From NCBI GenBank assembly GCA_043228905.1, contig JBHGNT010000022.1:6634001-6698000 (forward strand): DNA of 64,000 bases. The letters are read 5' to 3'. A model generated the notes under the pieces. The model was not told where the DNA came from and ran no database searches. It was given only the letters and a program-made list of their open reading frames with translations. The DNA comes from Azolla caroliniana. Lineage: Eukaryota; Plantae; Polypodiophyta. Numbering within the stretch: the stretch's first letter is position 1; every line of letters begins with the position of its first letter. Shown piece by piece: positions 21,828-35,614 of the stretch. The position numbers and the translations under genes are program-made.

Positions 21828-24826
21828 TGGCCTTCCCGATAGTATCATCAGCAACCGTGGACGCCAGTTCGTATCGAAATTCTGGAAGCACCTTTTTAAA
21901 ATGCTCAAGGTCACTTGTAACCTCTCCTCCGACTACCACCCACAAACGGATGGCCAAGCAAAACGAACAAATCAAACACTGGAGCAGTATCTTCGGTGCT
22001 TTCTAAGCTATCATCAGGATGACTGGGTAGATATTCTCCACTTCGCCGAATTTGCCTCGAATAACTCTGTCCACGCATCGACTAAAGTTACACCATTTTA
22101 TGCTTATACGGGTTCTCACCCCCGGTGCTGTGTATTTGAAACCCCAGAGTTGTCCACAAATCCTTGCGCAGAGGATCGTTTAGAGTGGTTACGCAAGATA
22201 CAAGCCGATTTATCTACTCATCTCCAACAAGCTCAACAAACACACAAGGTTTACGCGGATTGTCATTGACTTCCATCCAGTTTTAACATTGGAGATCAGG
22301 TATGGCTACTACGACGACACATCAAGACTACCCACCCATGCGAGAAGTTGGATTATCGGCGATTAGGTCCTTTCCGTATTATAGGAAAGATTAATGATGT
22401 CGCTTTTCGTCTCGATCTACCTCCACAACTTCGAATACATCTGATGTTTCATAATTCTCTCCTCGAACCCTATCAAGTGAACACTATCCCAGGACATATT
22501 ACACAACCTCCACCCCCGATCGAGCTTGAAGATGGACCTGAGTGCGAGGTTGCCGCCATCCTTGATTCCAAGATTGTTCGCAACAAGCTCTACTATCTAG
22601 TCGATTGGCTACGATATAGTCTCAGCGAGCTTACTTGGGAACTGATAGAGAATGTGACCAATGTTCATGCTCTTCTTGAAGACTTCCATCGTCAATATCC
22701 AGAAAAACCGGGTCATCAATCCAAAACGACTCGTGACGCTCGTCGTTTTAAAGGGGGGATAGTGTCATGATATGGCAAGACTCGAACCCATGACCTTATG
22801 CTACATGGGTCGAGCTCTTGACCATTAGACCATACATTGTAATAAGTGAAATATTATTTTCATTTATGTTTTATTATAGAAAATTGATGTATATTCCAGA
22901 TTTCTCTGGAACATTCTAGAAACTTCAGGAGTGTTCTTGAGAATACTATAAAAGGAGGCACAAGGCATTATTTCGAACCAAATCGGTTCAACGCCAATCT
23001 TAAGCCTCCTATCTACTATTGTATACTCTCTTCACATAATATATATCTTTTATCATCATTCTCTCACCCTTTCTCTCTCTCGCTCACTCTTTCCTTCTCT
23101 TGAGAGTTCTACACCTCTCTTAGTACTAATCCTCATCTTTTAGTACTAATTCCTTCTCTGTCTTAGTACTGATCCTAACAGGCAACGCCAGGCCGGAAGG
23201 GAAGCATCTATCCCTAGAGCAGGTGAAGTCGAGCTTGCTGAATGAAGAAGCTCGCCGGAAGAACCGTGAGTCCAATACCAACCAAAAGGCTTTAGATATG
23301 GAAGTTGACACAATTCGGGGAAGAGGCTGAAATCGAAGTTCCCAGAACCAAGATAGTCGGGGACCATGTCGAAGGCGAGAGGGAGACCCACATGCTTCTA
23401 TTGTGGGAAGCCGGGGCACTTCCAAAAAACTGCTGACACTTTCAAAAGGAGAAAGGGGGAGCTGATGGTGTAGAGCCAAAGAAAATCCCGAACAGAAAGA
23501 ACACCTCAGCAATCGCCGCGAGTGAGGAGGTGTTGGTGCTCATCAGTGAGCAAAACGAAGTTAATCTCACCGGCGAAGAATTGACATGGGTGGTTGATTC
23601 GGGTGCGTCATTCCACCTAACCCCTGACTGAAAGTGCTTCTCATCCTACAGAGCTAGAGATCTCGGATCCGTAAAGATGGGAAATGAAGGAGCGTGGCGA
23701 ATCGTCGGCATTGGAGAGGTGGGTTGAGAGATGTACTTACGTTCTAGAGGTTCGATTGAACCTAATATCAGCCAGCCAGTTAGATGATGAAGGCTACACG
23801 GGTAGTATCCGAAACAGTGTCATGAAGTTCTACCAAGGAAGTCTGATCGTGGCTCGTATTCAATAACAGCCACCATGAAGCCTTAATCATTTTCCTCCCA
23901 TGTGTTAAACACTTGTTTGCAATGAAATATTGAACAATAGATATCAATGGTTGTGAATTTGAACACATGTCTTGTAATAATAAAAATCTACGAGCCATCA
24001 TATGCTTAGATAAGTTCAATATTCCAGTTCCCCCCAAGCGCTTAGGGGTTGCTAGATGATTCCACACAACCCAAGTGATTCCCATCTTATTCCTCTTCTT
24101 CCACAACAAATATTGAAGAGGTTGCAAAATAGAATGCAAAGCCTTCTTTGTCCATGGAAAAAATGGCAAGTAATATAATATCATGGGTTCCATAATACAT
24201 TGTACAACCTTCAAGCGTACATGAAATGGACAAGATTCTGACTTCCAATACATGACTTTATCCCTCAACTTACTAGACATCCATTCAATCAATTGAACAT
24301 TTGTAACATTCATTCCTAATGGATAGCCCAAGTGTCAAAAAATTGAGCATTTCTTCACCATAGATCCTTGCAATCCTAAACATTCCAAATTCCTTTCAGT
24401 ACATGATATAGGACTAGACTTCCTCCGATTAATATGTACTCCAGAAGCCAATGCAAATTGGTTCCATACAAGCATCCCCTTCTCAAGATTCTCTCGTGAG
24501 GCTTGTAGAAACATTAAAGAATCATTAGCCAAAGCTTGTGCTACTAGTTGCCCTCCCGACGGAAGGTGTAGACCCACAATGTCACCATTTGTTGCAAGCC
24601 TTGATAACATCACTAACAAGGGATGAGTAACAATAGCAAAAAACAATGGGCTAAGAGGGCATCCTTGACGAACGGATCTTGTGAGGGAAATATCTGATGT
24701 AACACCCCCACTAAGCATTACTCGAGACACCGCATCTTGTCCTAGTAAAAATATGAGGCGAGACATACGAGGTCTAAAGCCCACTGTATGCATTAACCCA
24801 GAAACAAAGGACCAATTAACATATCA

Positions 24827-27800
24827 CAAGACGCCAAACCGGTAGCACAACGGCGGTACCGGATGAATCCAAATTACGCCGCCAAAGTCAAGGAGGAAAT
24901 CGACAAGTTGTTGAGGGTTGGCTTTATCCGCCCAGTAAAGAAATCTACATGGCTAAGCCCGATAGTAGTCATACCAAAGAAAAACGGAAAAATTAGAGTT
25001 TGTGTCGACTACCGTAAGCTTAACGCGGCGACGGTAATAGATGCATCCCCACTCCCATTCACGGATGGAGTTTTGGACGCAGTCGCCGGCCATGAGGTAT
25101 ATAGTTTCTTAGACGGATTCAACGGATACAACCAGATCTGGATGCACCCCGATGACCAGGAGAAAACGGCTTTCGTCACCGAATGGGGAGTGTTTGTTGT
25201 CGTAGTAATGATGTTCGGACTAAAAACGACGCCGGCAACGTTCTAGAGGATCATCATGGAAATATTCAGAGAATTTATACCGGCATTCATGCAAGTGTTT
25301 CTGGATGACATCGCCATCTATAGCTGGGAAGGAGATCACTTTTAGCACCTCCGACTGTGTCTAGAGAAATGTTGGGTTTACCGGCTAAGCTTGAATCCGG
25401 CAAAATGTGTATTCGGAGTGTCAAGCGGGGCGCTATTAGGACACATTGTGAGCAAGGAAGGAATTGTCGTGGACCCAGACAAAGTAAAAGCAATCTTGGA
25501 GGCACCGGCACCAACAACGGCCAAAGCATTAAGCCGTTTCTTAGGCCAAATCCGGTGGCATAGCCAAATGCTCCGGTATCTGGCGGACCTAGCTACACCG
25601 TTGCATGTTGTGGTACACCGAACACCGTTCCAGTGGACCGACATCGAAGACAAGGTGTACCAGGCACTCAAAGTACTATTGTCGCAAGCGCCGGTAGTGC
25701 AACCCCCGGATTGGGCTAAGGAGTTTCATGTGTTCGTGGATCCGTCCGACATTGCAATCGGAAGTGCGCTGATGCAACTCGGAGCCAAGGTGGTACCGGC
25801 CCGTGTATTACGCAAGCCGAAAGTTATCCCAAGCCGAACGAAATTATTCCACCACGGAAAGGGAAGCTTTGGGCATGGTCTACAACATGACAAAATTCAG
25901 ACATTATTTGCTGGGAAGGAAATTTTCCTTCCATGTAGATCATTCAGCACTCCTCTATTTAGTTTCCAAAGCGTCACTAACCGGTCAGTTGGCACAGTGG
26001 ACGTTATTGTTGCCGGAATTTGAGTTCGAAATATTCCACTGACCTGGCATACAACACGCAGTAGCAGACTATTTGAGCCGGTTAGATGCCGGCGAGACTG
26101 GTGACGGAGTCCCGGACGAGTTTCCCGATGCGGAGCTATTTCGAGTCACCGCGGAAACGGTAACAGATGAAATGGTGGCACAAGAAGATAAGTGGCTAAC
26201 GAATATGCAACAATTTCTGAGCACCGGATTGCCTCCAAAGGAGATGAACCGGGACGAGAGGAAACGCCTAGCGGTACAAAGCCAACACTTCTGTTTAGTA
26301 CGGGACACGCTATACCACAAAGGCGCGGACGGTATATGGCGACGAGCAGTGCGCAGCGACGAGAAGGATATAATACTACGAGAAGCACACTGCGGAGTCG
26401 CTGGAGACCATTACGCCGGAGATGCTACGGCAAGGAAGATATGGCAGAGTGGCCTATGGTGCCCAACAACACTGAAAGACGCGGTCCGGTATGCTAAAGA
26501 ATGCGATCTATGTCAGCGAATGGGCTAGCAAACCGAACAAGCTAGGATGCCGCACCAGCCGATACTGCCGTTAGAACCATTTCAAAAATGAGGGTTGGAT
26601 TTTGTGGGTCCATTCAAACCACCGGCAAGGAGAACTGGCAACCGGTATGTGATCGTAGCTACGGATTACTGCACGAAATGGGTAGAAGCCAAAGCCTTGC
26701 TCGACAACACCGCGGCGTCGACGGCAAAATTCTTGTATGAATACATCTGGTGCCGGTATGGATGCCCAATCGAGCTAATAAGTGACCAAGGAGGGCACTT
26801 CCTCGGCCAAGTGGTGGAAAGCTTGACGTTGTTCTATGTCGTGGTGCATAAACGGAGCACACCATACTATCCGCAAGCAAACGGGTTAGCCGAGTCGACG
26901 AACAAAACGCTACAGAATATCCTTCGGAAAATCATCAACGAAAACCGGACAGTCTGGGATACGAAGTTGCACAACACGCTCTAGGCTTACCGGACAGCTT
27001 ACAAAACAAGCATCCAATCCACACTGTTCCGGCTAGCATTCGGACTGGAGGTCATCATGCCGATAGAGTTCCAGGTCCCGAGCTTACGGATTCAGATTAG
27101 GGAACGGTTAAACGAGAAGGAATCGGAGGCAATTCGGTTAGCAGCTCTATGGGAACTAGAAGAACACCGACTAGCGAGTATCATGCACCTAGAACTGGAG
27201 CAGCGGCAAAGAAAGGCGTTTGTGGATCGCCACCGAAAAGGAAATGAGAAGATGTTTGGAATCGGCAAGCTGGTACTAGTGTTCCAGACCCGGATGGGAA
27301 AGATGTCGGGGAAACTACGGTTTCGGTGGACCGGACCGTACAGGATCACACGCGAGTTCAATGGATCCTACCAGTTAGGGCCACTTGCCGGCGAGGTCCT
27401 GGGTAAGTGGGTCAACGGATTTCGACTAAATCCATACAAGGGACCCATGCCGAGGAACCCATTTGAACAAGGAAAGGCCGATGCCGAACCAAATACCGGC
27501 ATACCGGAAACAACCGCAACCCGATTAGCAATCGGCAACAACGAAGCCGGTAAGGGGGACAAAGAACCAGCACACGGGTTGGATAAGAGGACGGCAAATC
27601 GTCACGAGGCCGGCAAGATTCCTCATTCGGGTAAGGGTCCGATAGGACTAGAGACGAATTAACCTAACAATTGATATTAAAAAATTTAAAAACAAAAAAA
27701 GTAAAAAGTAAAATAAACAAATTTTAAAAAATTTTAAAAAAATCGAATCGAATCAAAGAAATCATGCAGAGGAGTGGTGTGAACGGGCATGCAAATGAGG

Positions 27801-30800
27801 AGTAAAGAGGCACTTCGAAAAGGTATGAGGGGGCTATGAATAGGGCATTAAACCGCCGCCACATGGCACATAATGCTATTATAGTACACTACCTACACGC
27901 GCGGAGGCTCGAAAAAGGCGCCAAGATGCAGAGAGAAAACCCCCCACACATCGAGACCTTCTTTTGCGAACCAAGGAGCACAAACGCACACAGGTGCTTG
28001 AAGATCATCAGAAGAGAGCCAACACACACATAGCTTCCTCACACAGAGCCTCCTCACACAGTGCTTCCTCATACAGAGCCCTCACCAACGCTCTCCGACC
28101 TCGACGCAGGCATGGACTGCCAGACTCTCTCTGAGGCCGCCAAGAAATGGCTACGACAACACGGATTGGAGGGGTTCCTCACACACCACCACACAGAGAA
28201 GCTGACAAGATCATCAAAGAAATTGACACCGAGCTGATCACGGAGGAAACGATCCGTGCACTAATAGGCCTTCCGGAGGGGGGCATCTATACTATTGACA
28301 ACCCTACCTCCGAACGGCTCATCAAATACTTTGGCGAGTATTCTCTGGCCAGCAAGGGTTACAGAACACAGGGCAGAGAAGATATGTTATTCTAAGAAAT
28401 TGCCCGTGTACTCCATGAGTTCGGCCACGTATACCCTCGACCCCCTGTTATGCCTCAGAACCGAGTAGGCTTGATCATCGCAACATACGAAGGGATCAAG
28501 GTGGATTGGCTGGTGCTGATCGCCGACAGATTGTGTGCATCTATTGACACCGTAAGAGGTAAGGAAGCCAAAGAAGGCCGGAAAATATGGCATGCGGTGG
28601 CGCAATGGCTCACCCTATTGGCGCCACCTGTCGAGCCCGTCCAGACCAAGAAGCGGGGAAGAGTAACGGACGGCACCCCGAATGTTGCTTCCAAACGACA
28701 ACAGTTGTTGGCCACCAAGGCCACTAAGGGGAAGACAGCCAACACGGAGCAGGCGGCGAAGGAGCGCGCCATCCGGAAACAACCGACGGACACGCATGAG
28801 GAGACACTGGCACGGCCCCTGAAGAGCACACTCCACAGACCGATGCAGCAAGAAACGGATACCCTGGCGGCAAGAATGAATGTCGGGACTCAAGAGGAGG
28901 AAACGGAGGAAGAACCTACGAAGCACCTCCAGCGGCGGCCGACGACGAGCACCGCAGAATCAGCCAGGAAGTGTTCAGACCCACAGAAGGATGGAATGCC
29001 TTTACCCCATACTGAGAATCCCACGCCAAGGGAGGAACCGGAACCGGTCTCAGAAGTCCTTGCACAACAGGCAATACCGGCGGGTCAGGAAACGGCAAGC
29101 CCCGAAACGCAAGCGCCGGTAAGGCATGTGCCACCTTCCTCAGCCGGCCAAGAACAAGAAGAACAAGAGCGGCCAGCTGAAACATAACCGGAACCTGAAC
29201 AGCAAAGGGGTCAGCAGGCAAAGCCAGAATTGCAGCTCGACGCAGTTAGGCGGGACCGGCCACTGGCAAATGAACCCATCAGCCAACCCTCCGGGCAGAT
29301 GCAACAACAGGGCACTGGCAGCCAATGGCTCCGGTGGATAAGAGAGCAGGTTGCCGGAGTGATACTATATGTAGAGGCGGAAGAAGGAGCACAGATGGAA
29401 CGGTTGCTAGTCACAACCGATGAACTAGAGACGGCCCGGTCAAGGATCCAGTGCCTTGAACAAGACTTGGATCGGGTCACAGAAGACATGGCCAAAATGG
29501 CCTTAACCGCAACACAGATCCAAGCACCGGTGACTCTAGTGGATGTACAGAATAAAGAAACAACCACACCTATACATACGAATAAGACCCCAGAGAAAGA
29601 TGCGGTGCAAGCCCAAGAGCTTGCCGAATTAAGGGATGAACTTTCCGCACAAGAAGCACTACGGAGCCGCGAACGAGATTTGAAGAAAGCGGTAGAAGAG
29701 GAGTTAAAGAAGACTGCTAAAAACCTCCGCCGGGCAGAAGAAAATCTGCGGAAAGGGCATCAGGTTTACGATTGGCTAAAGGAGGAAGAAGAAAAATTGT
29801 TGCAGGAGATGGACAAGCTGCGACGGATGGCGGAAACGGAAATCGAAAGGCTGAAAGAAGAACTCTGTCAACAAAAGGACCGGGAAGACCGCGCTCGCCG
29901 GCAAATCAACCAGAGGCTGAAGCAGAAGACAGAGGACTTCGACCACCTGCACCGGAACTTTAAGAGCTTGGACACGGAGCATAAGCAGCAGCAGGCGAGG
30001 ATGGTCGAGCTCCGGTAGGAAGTTGATAGGGCCACGACGGCACTCGCCGACGAACGGCCTGAGAATACAAAGCTATTGGAGGAAGCGGCGAGGGACCGGA
30101 TGGAGCTCCACAAGCAGCACCATGAAGAAAAGGAGAGGGCGACAATGCTGTTACAGAAGTTGCAAACAACCTATCAAAGTCAATTGTCGCATTATAGGGA
30201 GCACGAGGCGGACACGGTCAGAATCATCAAGCAATTGAAAGAGGTGCGACAAGCCGCGGAGAACAAATCACAGATGGGAACCGAACGGATTTAGTGCATC
30301 CTCCGAGCATGGCTAAACAAGACCAAATGCTTGATTGACGAGAGCTCCGTGCGATGGTGGACGAAATGGGTGCAGAATACGGCTGAACTCCAGTTGCTCA
30401 GGGTGGACGCGGAAAACCGGCAGAAGGAAGGTGACGACTATTACATGCTCACATTGGAGGACTCTACCGCCATAAAGGATGAGCTAGTAGAAGATTTCAT
30501 AGCTCTGGCGGATGAGCAATTGGTGCACGTCCGGCAACTCATAGCTCAACTGGACGACGATCGGATGGATGCTCAAATCCAATTTGAGAGCTATGAGCGG
30601 CCCCGGCTTAGGGAAGAAAAAGCAAGGCAGGCGGCAACGGTCAACCTCAGTGATGAGGAACCGTCGCCGATACAAGGACTAGACGGAGACCAGGCCGGGG
30701 TAAGTCAACCAGAGACAACTCTTACGGAGGAAACAACAAAGGAAACGCCGGTGCCAAAGCAAGAATCGGAGTTACATCCGGAGTCGGAGCAACCATCGCA

Positions 30801-31365
30801 GCAGCCACAACAGCAACAACAGATTCCCGTCGAGCCATTGGAAACTCTGGAGCAAAGCATTCTGGACATTTTGGACGAAGAGTAACAGGGCCGGATAGTG
30901 GATTCGACATACAAGGTACTATCCCACGGGCGTGCCATATGTTACCCGGCCGGCAAGAGGGCTAGAAGATGTCCAGACCAGAGTGTGAAAAGGGGAATTG
31001 TTATTTGGGAATCTGTTGTAATTACTAGTCTTAATATATTAATATATGAGAAGATGTGGACGGACGGACCGGAATCGGTATGCCGATCCGGATCCGGACC
31101 GATCCCAAATAGGTGCCGGTTGGCACCGTTTTGTACTTCGCACCGGTGACCTATATAAAGGCCCGGTTACAATGTAGTCATCAACGGAGAGTTCACCGTT
31201 TTGTGCTTATTGTATATCTTACGCGTGTTAATGACGTATTACTAAGTAACCGATTAAGGTCCAATTAAGCGTTGTGTCGTAAGTTATCTGGCCGTAACAC
31301 CCTTTGGTGAAGTGTCTTAAGCGGACACCCTGTGTTAAGTTGTTGTCCGGCCCTAAGGATTAACA
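24827..31365 (+). mobile_element. Non-chromovirus Gypsy copy 2 (5'-truncated): RT-RH-INT, decayed extra ORF, inverted-PBS motif, 3' LTR 30940-31365
   Basis: RT MNPNYAAKVKEEID..FLDD, RH FHVFVDPSD/NYSTTEREAL, INT HCG..CDLCQ, DFVGPF, SDQG, PQANGLAE and GPY. Extra ORF ~28112-30885 with stops; LTR TGTTA..TAACA. Confidence 0.92.
30900..30937 (+). promoter_or_regulatory. tRNA-3'-end-like motif (inverted PBS) at the PPT position, copy 2
   Basis: GGATTCGACATACAAGGTACTATCCCACGGGCGTGCCA, then TA, then LTR TGTTAC at 30940. Confidence 0.75.
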
Positions 31366-31880
31366 AACTCTAATCGAAGTTATCGATCGTAGAGTAGTGA
31401 TCCGGTCTAGGGATTTTCCGACCGTTGAGACGATCGATGGAGTTCCGGTCGAAAGGAGTTACCATGGCTAATGGGTTCACCATGCAATGCACTATCCCAT
31501 AGGCATCGCATGTGTTACCCGTAAGAATATACGTGGAGGCATTAGAGGTGGATCACAATAATGTGGTTGATGTGTATGTGTTATATGAATGAGTGTATGA
31601 GGATGAGTATGTGTATAAACACATGGACATTTGTGTGAATGTGTACAAAGGTGAGAGAGTGGGTAACTAATGTAACTCCCTACTTGTCTCATTTGTTATT
31701 TGTAACGGTTACCTCGTGTACATTATAAACCCCACCCATGGGGCACAATGTAATATAACTTTTTCCCCTCTCATTTTGGTGTGTCTCATTGTTTCTCTCT
31801 CTTTCTCTCTCTCACCCTCACACGTAACACCCTTGTGAGGGGGGTGGAGTCATTCTTGGCTCCACCCCCCACCCATAACA
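31366..31880 (+). mobile_element. 3' end of a third related LTR element: degenerate inverted-PBS motif (31473-31510) and LTR 31513-31880
   Basis: GGGTTCACCATGCAATGCACTATCCCATAGGCATCGCA-TG-TGTTAC...TAACA, with TATAAA ~31724. The LTR interior is unlike copies 1 and 2; LINE sequence resumes after 31880. Confidence 0.65.
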
Positions 31881-34800
31881 ATCCTCAATACATCCAACCA
31901 CATCATAAAACTCCTGACGTGCTCTACTCACCTCATTTATCATTAACAATTGTAGGCCAATCAACTCCTTAAAGTAATGAACAGATATGTCAATTATTGT
32001 AGTACGGTCCACTATCCATTCATCCCCTTGCTTCACATGTACCACATTAAATCGAGCATAAGTAGGATGTTGTGCTTGAAAAAACAAATGAGATTGACAT
32101 TGATTATCTATGAGCCCATCCCTGAGTTATCGCATCTTCGCATAACGATAACTTTGGCATTGCAACTTAGAAATAATAACATGCAGTTGACTTTGGATAT
32201 CCAAAAGCTCCTCATCTAATGTTGCATGTATCAATAATTCATTACACCTGGAGAGAACTTGTGAGAATTGTCGAAGAAGACCTCTTCGTCGAAGGAGTTA
32301 CTCCATACATACGATAAATGATTTTAATGTTTCGTAATGTAATATCCCATGCTTTAACTCTAAGATTCACTTCTTGTGAAAAATTTACAAAATTTTGCTC
32401 CATGAGAGAATCATAGTGAGGTTGAAGCAAAAGAGAAGAGTTAAAGCATAATGGAGGCTTTCCAAGTAAGGATTTTGTTGGGAATATGTCCCTCCAGTGG
32501 GAGGTGTCAGAACAAATCAAGAGATTGAACGATTGAAGGAAGGTATAAGAGAATAGAAGAAGAGAGGAGAATAGATTGAGAAGAGAAGATGGATTTATTA
32601 GAATAGTATGAGTACAAGGATGAGTTGGATACAAGGTAGGCTTGGAGCTAAAGACTGGTGTTGATTCGAATTAATTTGATATGATCTATTTGTCTCTATT
32701 TATAGGTTTCTATAGAATAGCTTAGAGATTTCTAAAATGTTCTAGAATGTTCTGGACCTAGAATATTCTAGGATGTTCCAAAAGATTTCTAGAATGTTCT
32801 AGAAAGTTCCAGAAGTTTCTCTGATACAAGAATCACTATGAAAAGTAGCCTTTATCATTTCACGTCCGGATAGGTTACCTTAATGGTTAGGCTTCGAATT
32901 TCGTAATACAAAGTCCTAGGTTCAAGTCCAGGTGAAGCATAATGTTCACGGATTCATGACACTATCCCTCCTCTTAAAACGACGAGTGGAAGGAGTTGTT
33001 AACAATGCAAGAAGACATCGACAAGAGATTGAGCATTACAAACATTATCGACAGGTTCCCATGTGCAATCACTTAGGGTATACCCTAGCCAATCAACTAG
33101 ATAATACAATTTATTGCGCACAATCTTAGAATCGAGAATGGAGGCTACCTCGTACTCTGGGCCATCAGCAAGTTGGAGAGGAGGCAGCGGCAGCACGACA
33201 CGATTGGGAATCGAGTTGGTTTGGCAAGGTTCCAAAAGAGAGCTATGAAAGACTGGATGAAGCCGCAATTTTGCAGGAAGATCAAGACGGAATGTTGCAT
33301 CATTAATCCGCTCCGTGATAACAAAAGGACCCAAGCGTTTATAATCTAGCTTATCACATGGTCGAGTAGCCTTTATGTGACAGCGTAACAACCATACCCA
33401 AAAAACCATACCCAATCACCAATCTTGAATGGAGACGGAAGACGATGTCGATCTGTGTGGGCCTTATGTTGGGCTTGAGCTTTCTAAAGATGTGAAGACA
33501 ACTCGGACTAGAGGTGTTGCAGTTGGTGGAGGTGCTACTCCGCACTAGGGTTTGGTGAGATCACTGGAATGTCCAAGAGACACCATCGAGGATGGTTGCC
33601 AGTATAGGCATAGAAAGGTGTGACCTTGGTAGAAGAGTGTATGGTGTTATTGTACGCAAACTCTACAAGATGCAATATATGACTCTAATCATCTTGTTGA
33701 TAACTGATGAAACATCAAAGATACTCCTCAAGTGTTTGATTTGTGCACTTTGTTTGGCCATCAGTTTCGGGATGATATGTTGAAGAGAGTTTGCAAGAGA
33801 TTTAGACCCTGTTACATAGGTGCTTCCAAAAGTGAGAGATAAATTGCGGACCACGATCACTAATTATGTTGTTTGGAAGACCATGATGGCGAAATACTTC
33901 ACGCATAATGATATCTGTTGTTTCTTGACTATTGATGCTCTTTACGCAGGGAAAAAAATGTGTCATCTTGGTAAATCGATCCACTATGGTTAAAATAGCA
34001 TCAAAACCCTGTGAAGGTGGTAGATCTGTAATGAAATCCATAGAAATTGACTGCCATGGCTTGCTCGGAGTCAACAATGGTTGTAACAACCCATAAGGAT
34101 GATGCTTAGGCATTTTTGGCTTGACAACATGTGTCACATGTGCGAACGTAATCTTCAACAAATTGTTGTAAATGAGGCCACCAAAATGATCGCTTCACTA
34201 GCTCCATGGTCTTGGCAATACCAAAGTTTCCGGCCATATGGGCATCATGACAGTGCTCCAACACTCGAAGGCATGGTGATCCATCAGGGGCATAAAGGAG
34301 ATTCTTGTAGAAAAGTAAGTTATCTTGCCGCTTGAACTCCTTATAACATCCAGATGTCCATGGAAATGCATGATTTGGACCAAGGTGGGCGAAGACATCC
34401 TTAGCAAAATCATCAGAGTGAAGTTGTTGTCGAATAGTGTTAAGAAGACTTGAATCCAGTGACGTGGCACAAACCGTGGTTGCTTGTAGTTTTGCTGGAC
34501 CAAGGAGAACTTGCTTTTGATTGTCAAAAGTTGGATCTCTAGGGCGAAGTGCCAAATATGAACGTCGACATAGAGCATCTGCTTGCCCTTGTTGTTTCCC
34601 TGGGCAGAAAATGATCTTGAAATCAAAACGAGTTAAATATTGCGCCCACCGAGCTTGTCGCCTATTTAGCACTCAAGCCGTCTGAAAATATGTAAGATTT
34701 TTGTGGTCACTATAAATGATGATTTGATGAGGAGAACCTTCCAAGAAATGTCATCATTGCGCAAAAGAGTCGACCACAACTAGTAATTCTTTGTCATGCA

Positions 34801-35308
34801 CCTCGGAGTTGATCTCGGCAACATTAAATTTTCTTCAGTGAAACGCGATTGGATGCAACTACCCATCTTCACCTGATTGTGATAGCATGCTCCCCAATGC
34901 AAAGCTGGATGCATCTGCCTGAATGGTAAATGGCTTTTCTAGATCAACATGAGCTAAGACAGGAGCTTATGTGAATGCCTCTTTCAACTGAGTAAAGGCT
35001 TTGTCCACTTGAGGAGTCCAAACAAATACTTCATTTTTCTTGGTGAGTTGAGTGAGCAACAATACAATCTTCGAATAATTCCATATGAATTTGCGGTAGA
35101 AGTTGGCAAATCCAAGGAAACACTTGACATTTTGGACGGAACTTAGAGTATGCCATTCCAATATTGTTTGAATTTTCACTGGATCCATAAAGATACCTTT
35201 GGATGAAATCGTATAACCCAAAAAATCACCTTCTTTGCAATCAAAACCGCACTTCTCCAGTTTGGCATAAAGACCATACTCTCTTAAGCGTTGGAGTACC
35301 TTTCGCAC

Positions 35309-35582
35309 TGACGGAAACTCAACGCTCCTTATGCACAACACTCGGCCACAACCGAGCTTAGAATCATACACAAAAAACAGGAAACGGAAAAGCACGACAC
35401 AAAGGAGAGAAAAGGTGCACAGGATGTTTACGTGGAAAACCCAAACTAAGGGAAAACCCACGGCAGCCCAGAGGCTGCAAACTATCACTATGTTGGAATG
35501 TACAAAACAGTGAGTTCACGGAGGCAACAACCTCGTGCTCACGATCTTCACCACAGGCGGCGGTTACAACAGAGGCAGCAAC

Positions 35583-35614
<32 letters not shown>

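Larger units (their letters stand above)
17294..23180 (+). mobile_element. Full-length Tcn1-like chromovirus (Ty3/Gypsy), family A, decayed
   Basis: LTRs 17294-17724 and 22763-23180, TSD GGCAA, PPT AAAGGGGGGATAG. Gag (EPKIALPMKFNG), PR (LLDSGA), RT (YLDD ~20133), RH, INT and chromodomain (YYLVDW..TWE). No tRNA PBS after the 5' LTR. Confidence 0.93.
16267..23860 (+). mobile_element. 5' part of a Ty1/Copia element (LTR, PBS, gag, protease), split by the chromovirus at 17294-23180 and truncated by a LINE
   Basis: LTR 16267-16795 (TGTTGGG..TAACA), PBS TGGTATTAGAGC 16799-16810 and gag ATG 16812. Resumes at 23186 with CFYCGKPGH and WVVDSGASFH. Confidence 0.88.
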
